Positions 58,808-64,000 of a stretch of DNA of 64,000 nucleotides are shown piece after piece (position 1 is the stretch's first letter; each line of letters opens with the position of its first letter). The translations under genes and the position numbers were made by a program. The notes under the pieces were generated by a model. It was given only the letters and a program-made list of their open reading frames with translations. It was not told the DNA's origin and did not search any database. The DNA is from an uncultured Gemmatimonadales bacterium (GTDB taxonomy: Bacteria > Gemmatimonadota > Gemmatimonadetes > Gemmatimonadales > GWC2-71-9), in the NCBI GenBank assembly GCA_963730185.1, contig CAVSQW010000008.1:288001-352000 (forward strand). The letters run 5' to 3'.

Positions 58808-59203
58808 GTGATTCCCGCTGGGGAGGTTTCCGTCCGTCGGAACGGGGCGTCCGTCACGGTGATGGAACCCCGCTGGACCGAAGGGCTTGACAAAGTGGAA
58901 CCTTTTTTGCGGAATACCGTTGTAGAGGTGGACGAGCGCACCGGCGGGCGGTGCGTGATCCAGACTTGGTTCGGGGGGGAGGCCCGGGCCCAGAGGAGGG
59001 TAGGACCCATGCTCGACCCCGTTTTGTTGCACTTGCATCAGGCCAAGCAGTCGGCCCAGTGGTTCGCGCAGCTGATCTCGCTGGACCCGGAATTGGTTCT
59101 CCCGGCGGCGCTTCCGCTCATTGCCGCCCGTCTCATGGACGCCGGAGGAGCGGAGGACGACGGGGACGACGATCTCGACGCCGCCGAGCTGGCTGTGATC
59201 TAG
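58808..59203 (+). CDS. Small hypothetical protein with acidic C-terminus
   Basis: ORF fills the intergenic gap and ends EDDGDDDLDAAELAVI; start uncertain. Confidence 0.4.
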   Translation: MIPAGEVSVRRNGASVTVMEPRWTEGLDKVEPFLRNTVVEVDERTGGRCVIQTWFGGEARAQRRVGPMLDPVLLHLHQAKQSAQWFAQLISLDPELVLPAALPLIAARLMDAGGAEDDGDDDLDAAELAVI

Positions 59204-59320
59204 ATCACAAAACCGATTCCCCGCGCAGCACCCGCACGGCCCCCGGTTGTTCTTGGGGGCCGTCGTCGTTCGGCGCGGATCGGGTTGCAGAACTCCCACC
59301 GTCGGGCGGTTTGCTCCCGG

Positions 59321-62056
59321 CTACCGGCCGAGGATTCCGTTGAAGAGGAAGCGGTAGGTGCCGTGCGGTTGGCTTCGGAAGGTGATCTCCGGGGTGAACA
59401 GATAGAGCGTCCCCCGACCCACCTTGGCCTCGGCCGCCACCACCCCCTGATCGAGGAAGGTCTGGCCCCAGGCCCAGCCGCTCCGCAGCGGGCTCGCGGT
59501 GTCGAACCAGGCGACCGGCCGGACGCCCTTGGCGCGGGCGTCGGGATCGAGCCGGAAGACCGGATCCTCGTCGAAGAACACGATCGCCCGGCCGTTCATG
59601 CCCAGCGCCGACTGGGCGGTGGAGTCCACCGCCACCTCCAGCAGCGAGCCGGGGAGGTAGTACTTCTCCTGGGGCAGCGGCTTGACCGCCCCGTCGGGCG
59701 AGCGCTCGACCAGCTGGCTCTCCATCGGCAGGCCGAGGTGCCGGGCTAGGGCGGTGGCCGATCCGATCGTCACGATCCGTCCGCCGGCCTCGAGGAACGC
59801 CTTGAGCTGGGGCACGGTCTCCTCGACCGTGACTCGCCCGATCTCGTTCTGGTATTGCGCCGGCAGGTCGGACGGGGCCTCCCGGGCCGCATTCTGGCGG
59901 CGGGACACGGCGTTGCCGGCCGCCCGGGCCGGAATCGACCCGCCCACGAAGATCAGGACGTCGAACTGCTGAGCCAGGTTCCCCTGGTCGAGCCGCGGGG
60001 CGTACACCAGCTGGAAGGGAAACTCGAACTGTTCCAGGATCCAGCGGACCCAGCCCGACGGTGACGAGCCGCCGTACTGATCCCAGAGCCCCACCCGGAC
60101 CGGCTTGAACGGCGCGGCGCCGGCGGCGCGGCCGGTGGCCGCCGCGACCGGGAGGCCTCGTTCCGAGACCAGGGCCTGGAGGATCTTGGTCGATTGACCG
60201 GTCGCGGGCACCCGGATCTCGTCGCTGCCCGGCACCGCTTCGACCCGCTGACCGGCCGTCAAGAGGCGGTTCACCGCCAGGTAGGAGTCGTTGACCCGCC
60301 GGCTCAAAGCGTAGGTCCGGGCCTTGGGGAGTGACGCTGCCACCGGCGGCTTGGCGAGCACGTCGTCGATCCTGGTGCAGGGGCAGTCGAACCCGTCGAG
60401 GATCCGGTCGTACTTCACCCCCATCTGCATCGCCAGGGTGTAGCCGGTGTTGTCGTAGGGCGGCTTGGGCGGCCCGCCGGGATAGGCCAGGTCGTTGGGG
60501 TAGTCCTGGGGCTCCATCATGTCCATCACGTGGGCGCCGAACGCCTGGGCGGTCTTGATCACGTACGAGCCGGCGGGATACTGCCTGCCCGAGACCGTGA
60601 ACGGCCGGGTGGCGTACTGGACGGCGATTCCGGAGCGGATCAGGGCGTCGACGAACGCGGTGGCGGTCAGGAAGTCGCTCTGGTCGGAGGGGAGCACGTA
60701 GCCCCGGGGGTCGCGGTCCTCGGGCCGCCGGAGCAGGCTCACCAACGTCGGGTTGAGCAGCTTGGTGCCCCGGAAACTCGCGACCGTGCCGTTGGAGTCC
60801 TTGGCCGCGGCCGCCTCGAGCTTGGCGACCATGCTCGGCGTGATGGTCCAGCTGTCCTCATTCCCGCGCCGGATTTGGTTCCGGCCCATCAGGTAGATGT
60901 TGTAGAGGAGCTGCTCCCGGTAGCGCGAGGCGTAGTCGAGCACCGCCCGGTTGGCGGTCATCGAATATTCGATCGACTGCTTGAAGTGCCACTCCCGGGG
61001 CAGGACCGGGAAGGGATCGCTCCCGTTCGCCACCAGCATGTCGGGCACTAGGGGAATGGTGATCGGGGTAGGGTTCCCGATGGTCTCGGTCAGGAGACCC
61101 ACCATGTTGTGGAAGTAGGGCGCGGTCCGGAGCCCGCCGTTCCACCAGGTCTGGTAGTTGGAGGCGTTGCGGGTCACGACGCCCGGCTTGCCCTCGGCGG
61201 CGAAGCGGGTGTGCATCGCCTCGCCGACCATGCTGAGGGTGCTCATCAGGATCGGGCCGAGGAAGTAGTTCTGCGGGTCGCGGAAGGGCGGGGAGAACAT
61301 CACCGCGCCGGCCGGTCCGGTCTGGTGATGGTTGTAGACGATCTCCGGGTACCACTGGCGAAACAGGATCCGGCTCATGTTCTGCGTTTCCGGCATCGCG
61401 TTCATGTAGAAGTCGCGATTGTTGTCGTGGCCGACGTACTTCTGGTAGAGGCGGGGCAGGTCGTCCGTGCTGCGCTGGGTCGGGTCGGACCGCCGCATGT
61501 ACCAGTTGGAGACCAGCTCCATCCCGTCCGGGTTGGCGTGCACCAGGACTTGGATCACGTCGTCGAGGATCCGGAGCGTCTCGGGATCGTTCTTCGATGC
61601 CATCTCGTAGAGGTGCTCCATCAGCTGATGGGCGCCCAGCACCTCGGTGGCGTGGAGCCCGCCGTCGATCCAGATCACCGCCTTGCCTTCCCGCGCCAGA
61701 GCGCGGGCTTCGTCGTCGGTCAGTCCCTCGGCCCGGGCCAGGCGCTCGGCGATGTCCTTATAGTGGTCGAGCTTGGCGAAGTTGGCGGGCGAGGTCACGA
61801 TGGCCATCAACTGGTCCCGTCCCTCGGCGGTCTTCCCGATCGACCTCACCCGGACCCGGTCCGATTCGGCGTCGATCTTCTTCCAGTATTCGGTCAGCTG
61901 GGTGTAGTTGGCGAGCTGGTAGTCGTCGCCGATGTCGAAGCCGAATTGCTCCTTCGGCGTGGTGATGTGTTGCTGCGCGGCGAGCGGAGCGGCCAGGACG
62001 ACGAGGGCAGCGGCGCCAGCGGCGACGTGGGGACGGAGCCACACGAGCATGGTCAA
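59321..62056 (-). CDS. Secreted M14-family zinc carboxypeptidase
   Basis: Signal peptide, IGKTAEGR, GLHATE, NPDG, DNNRD, NHHQ. Confidence 0.9.
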   Translation of the reverse strand: MTMLVWLRPHVAAGAAALVVLAAPLAAQQHITTPKEQFGFDIGDDYQLANYTQLTEYWKKIDAESDRVRVRSIGKTAEGRDQLMAIVTSPANFAKLDHYKDIAERLARAEGLTDDEARALAREGKAVIWIDGGLHATEVLGAHQLMEHLYEMASKNDPETLRILDDVIQVLVHANPDGMELVSNWYMRRSDPTQRSTDDLPRLYQKYVGHDNNRDFYMNAMPETQNMSRILFRQWYPEIVYNHHQTGPAGAVMFSPPFRDPQNYFLGPILMSTLSMVGEAMHTRFAAEGKPGVVTRNASNYQTWWNGGLRTAPYFHNMVGLLTETIGNPTPITIPLVPDMLVANGSDPFPVLPREWHFKQSIEYSMTANRAVLDYASRYREQLLYNIYLMGRNQIRRGNEDSWTITPSMVAKLEAAAAKDSNGTVASFRGTKLLNPTLVSLLRRPEDRDPRGYVLPSDQSDFLTATAFVDALIRSGIAVQYATRPFTVSGRQYPAGSYVIKTAQAFGAHVMDMMEPQDYPNDLAYPGGPPKPPYDNTGYTLAMQMGVKYDRILDGFDCPCTRIDDVLAKPPVAASLPKARTYALSRRVNDSYLAVNRLLTAGQRVEAVPGSDEIRVPATGQSTKILQALVSERGLPVAAATGRAAGAAPFKPVRVGLWDQYGGSSPSGWVRWILEQFEFPFQLVYAPRLDQGNLAQQFDVLIFVGGSIPARAAGNAVSRRQNAAREAPSDLPAQYQNEIGRVTVEETVPQLKAFLEAGGRIVTIGSATALARHLGLPMESQLVERSPDGAVKPLPQEKYYLPGSLLEVAVDSTAQSALGMNGRAIVFFDEDPVFRLDPDARAKGVRPVAWFDTASPLRSGWAWGQTFLDQGVVAAEAKVGRGTLYLFTPEITFRSQPHGTYRFLFNGILGR

Positions 62057-62143
62057 TGTCCGGGGACGGAGGTGCGGAATTTGATGGTAGGAAAACTGAC
62101 GGCACGTCTCAACGATGGCAAGTCAGTGGCGCTTTTCGCGGGC

Positions 62144-62557
62144 TCACCAAGGGGACGGAAATTCACTTTCGATCGTCTCGGCCAGGGCCAGGAGCTCCTT
62201 GGCCGATCCGGCGTGGGGCAGCAGCTGGGCGAGCTCGCCCCGAACCAGGCGCAAGCGCCCCGTGAGCAGGGCCATTACCGGAGACTGGCGGGATTCGAAC
62301 AGCTCGCGCCACACCTCCGGCTCGGCCTCGAGCAGGTACGCGGCGCCGGCCAGGTCGGCGCCGGTGGCGCGCCGCGCCTCCCGACACTCGCCGTGCCAAA
62401 GGTCGAGGAAGACGGCGGCCGGCTCGGGCAGGGCGGGGCCGGCCGCGACCAGGGCCACCGAGCCTTCCCAGGCAGCGGCGGCGGTCCGGTAGGTCTCGCT
62501 GGCGGCCAGCGCGTCACCCCACGCGCGGGCCCAGGCATCGCTGAAGACGATCGGCAC
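62144..62557 (-). CDS. SCP2 sterol-binding domain protein
   Basis: FSDAWA...YRTAAAAWEG...LDLWHGECR...PVMALLTGRLRLVRG pattern. Confidence 0.8.
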   Translation of the reverse strand: MPIVFSDAWARAWGDALAASETYRTAAAAWEGSVALVAAGPALPEPAAVFLDLWHGECREARRATGADLAGAAYLLEAEPEVWRELFESRQSPVMALLTGRLRLVRGELAQLLPHAGSAKELLALAETIESEFPSPW

Positions 62558-62621
62558 GGATCGGGGCTCCGGAAGAGAACGGCGCGCGAATCCTAATACC
62601 GCGGCGCCCGGGCGGGCCACG

Positions 62622-64000
62622 TCAGAAGCCGGGAATCCAGTACGAGGCTTTGATCGCGAGGAAGTTGTCGCCGGTCGCCCGGAGCGCGTCGCGGAGGGCG
62701 CCGGGTCCGACCAGGGCGCCCGGCTCCGAGCCGGCGCACCCGACCGGATTGGACGGAGTGCAGAACCCGGCCCGGCTCTGCTGCCAGACCAGGAAGAGGG
62801 TGCTGCCCGGGCTCCATTCCCACCGGAGCACCAGGTTGCTCCGGAACGACAGCGCCCGGAAATCGGGGACGTCGACCGAGAAGGTCTCCCCGTTCCGCTG
62901 GTCGTGTACGAGCAGGGTGCCGTCGGTCGCGGGCGTTGCCGTCGTGCCGTCCTGACCGTAGAGGCGGAGATCGGAAGTCCGGGCCGCGGCCAGCTCGCCG
63001 ATGCCGCTGTAGCGCCCGCTCGCGGCGAAAGGCTCGGCGTAGAGCTCCATCGTCAGGTTCGGGCTGAAGGTGTAGTTGAGCCGAAGCTGGGCGACCAGGG
63101 TGGTTCGGCGGATCGCGCCGAACACGTACCGCTGCCCGTAGGTGGCCGCGGAGCCGCCGTCGAGGGTGGTGAGATACTGTCGGTGGTCCAGGCTGGTGAG
63201 GTACGACGGGTTGAAGGAGAGGCTCACCCGGGACGACGGACGGAGGGTGAGCCCGGCCGAGAAGCGCCGCTGCCAGTTGCCCAGGCCGCCCTGGTACAGG
63301 TTGGCGTAGAGGTCCCAGGTGGTGCTCCCGGCGTAGCTGCTGTTCACGCCGGCGTTGATCTCGAACCCGGCCGGGGTTCGCATCAGCGGGCCGCCCCGGG
63401 TTAATCCGTCGCTCTGGGCCGGGAGCGCCAGGTTCAGGTTGAGCGAGCTGGAGAAGAAGTTCCGCCAGGTGTGGTGCGAGAAGATGCCCACCAGAGAGCT
63501 GGTCCGGACCCCGTCGAAGTTCCAGTTGGACCGGCCGTAGACTCCCAGCACCGCGTTTCGGAAGAGCCGGCCGGGGCGGGTCCAGTGGTGGTTGAGGTCG
63601 GCGTTGACGTCGATGTCGTCGGCCGTTTGGAGCCGGCCCATGTCGTTGGTCTCGAAGCCGGGCGACTTCATCGCGATCTCGGCGCCCGAAAGCCAGTTGC
63701 CGGCGTTCTTGTCCCAGCGGAGCCGGGCCCGCCAGCCGCGGAGGCTCGTGGCCAGGGAGTCGACCCGGCGGTACCGGTAATCGGGGCGCTGGAGGTAGCG
63801 GGCCGGCGCCTCCTGGAGCGCCGTCATCGCCTCGGTGGAGCCCTCGACGTAGCTGCCCCCGACGTCGCCCGTGATCTCGTACTCCCCCTGCTTGAAACGG
63901 AGGACCCAGTCCGCCCCGCCGGCGACGGCCCGGTCGGCCAGCTGACCTCGCAGGGCGGCGGCGTCGCCGAAACTCCGGGTTACCCCCGAGACGATGGCGC
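62622..64000 (-). CDS. DUF5916-type outer-membrane protein (C-terminal part; 5' end lies beyond the window)
   Basis: SPGFETNDMG, LTRGGP, SFRSNLVLRWEWSPGSTLFLVWQQ, C-terminal KASYW. Confidence 0.78.
   Translation of the reverse strand, partial: AIVSGVTRSFGDAAALRGQLADRAVAGGADWVLRFKQGEYEITGDVGGSYVEGSTEAMTALQEAPARYLQRPDYRYRRVDSLATSLRGWRARLRWDKNAGNWLSGAEIAMKSPGFETNDMGRLQTADDIDVNADLNHHWTRPGRLFRNAVLGVYGRSNWNFDGVRTSSLVGIFSHHTWRNFFSSSLNLNLALPAQSDGLTRGGPLMRTPAGFEINAGVNSSYAGSTTWDLYANLYQGGLGNWQRRFSAGLTLRPSSRVSLSFNPSYLTSLDHRQYLTTLDGGSAATYGQRYVFGAIRRTTLVAQLRLNYTFSPNLTMELYAEPFAASGRYSGIGELAAARTSDLRLYGQDGTTATPATDGTLLVHDQRNGETFSVDVPDFRALSFRSNLVLRWEWSPGSTLFLVWQQSRAGFCTPSNPVGCAGSEPGALVGPGALRDALRATGDNFLAIKASYWIPGF

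Overview
High-GC, densely coded bacterial chromosome window. The gene repertoire (ADOP permease, S9/M14/CocE hydrolases, DUF5916 barrel, many Tat and lipoprotein substrates) is typical of Gemmatimonadota- or Acidobacteriota-like bacteria; this taxonomy is inference only. I recognised no rRNA, tRNA, CRISPR array or transposase. The most striking part is a ~15 kb anaerobic-respiration island (35.7-50.7 kb) with two divergent operons. (1) Plus strand: a candidate porin-cytochrome extracellular electron-transfer conduit encoding a 9-heme lipoprotein, a NapC/NirT-like membrane cytochrome extended to 20 hemes, an outer-membrane beta-barrel and a 16-heme periplasmic cytochrome (45 heme motifs in total). 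(2) Minus strand: a NapA-like molybdoenzyme whose Mo-ligand Cys is replaced by Tyr, followed by a duplicated 5-heme NapB-like protein, a tetraheme cytochrome, NrfC/NrfD-type subunits and an SPFH protein. Other notable items: a candidate sigma54-dependent sRNA with a start-stop mini-ORF divergent from an NtrC-type two-component system; an AP2-like domain fused to a histone-H1-like tail; a malic enzyme-PFOR-DHODH-like cluster; split LKR/SDH saccharopine-pathway genes; trehalose genes; a PaoABC-like aldehyde oxidoreductase; a recurring TTCAY direct-repeat promoter motif; and a heptamer-based G-rich/C-rich inverted repeat. All calls come from reading motifs by eye; no database searches were run.
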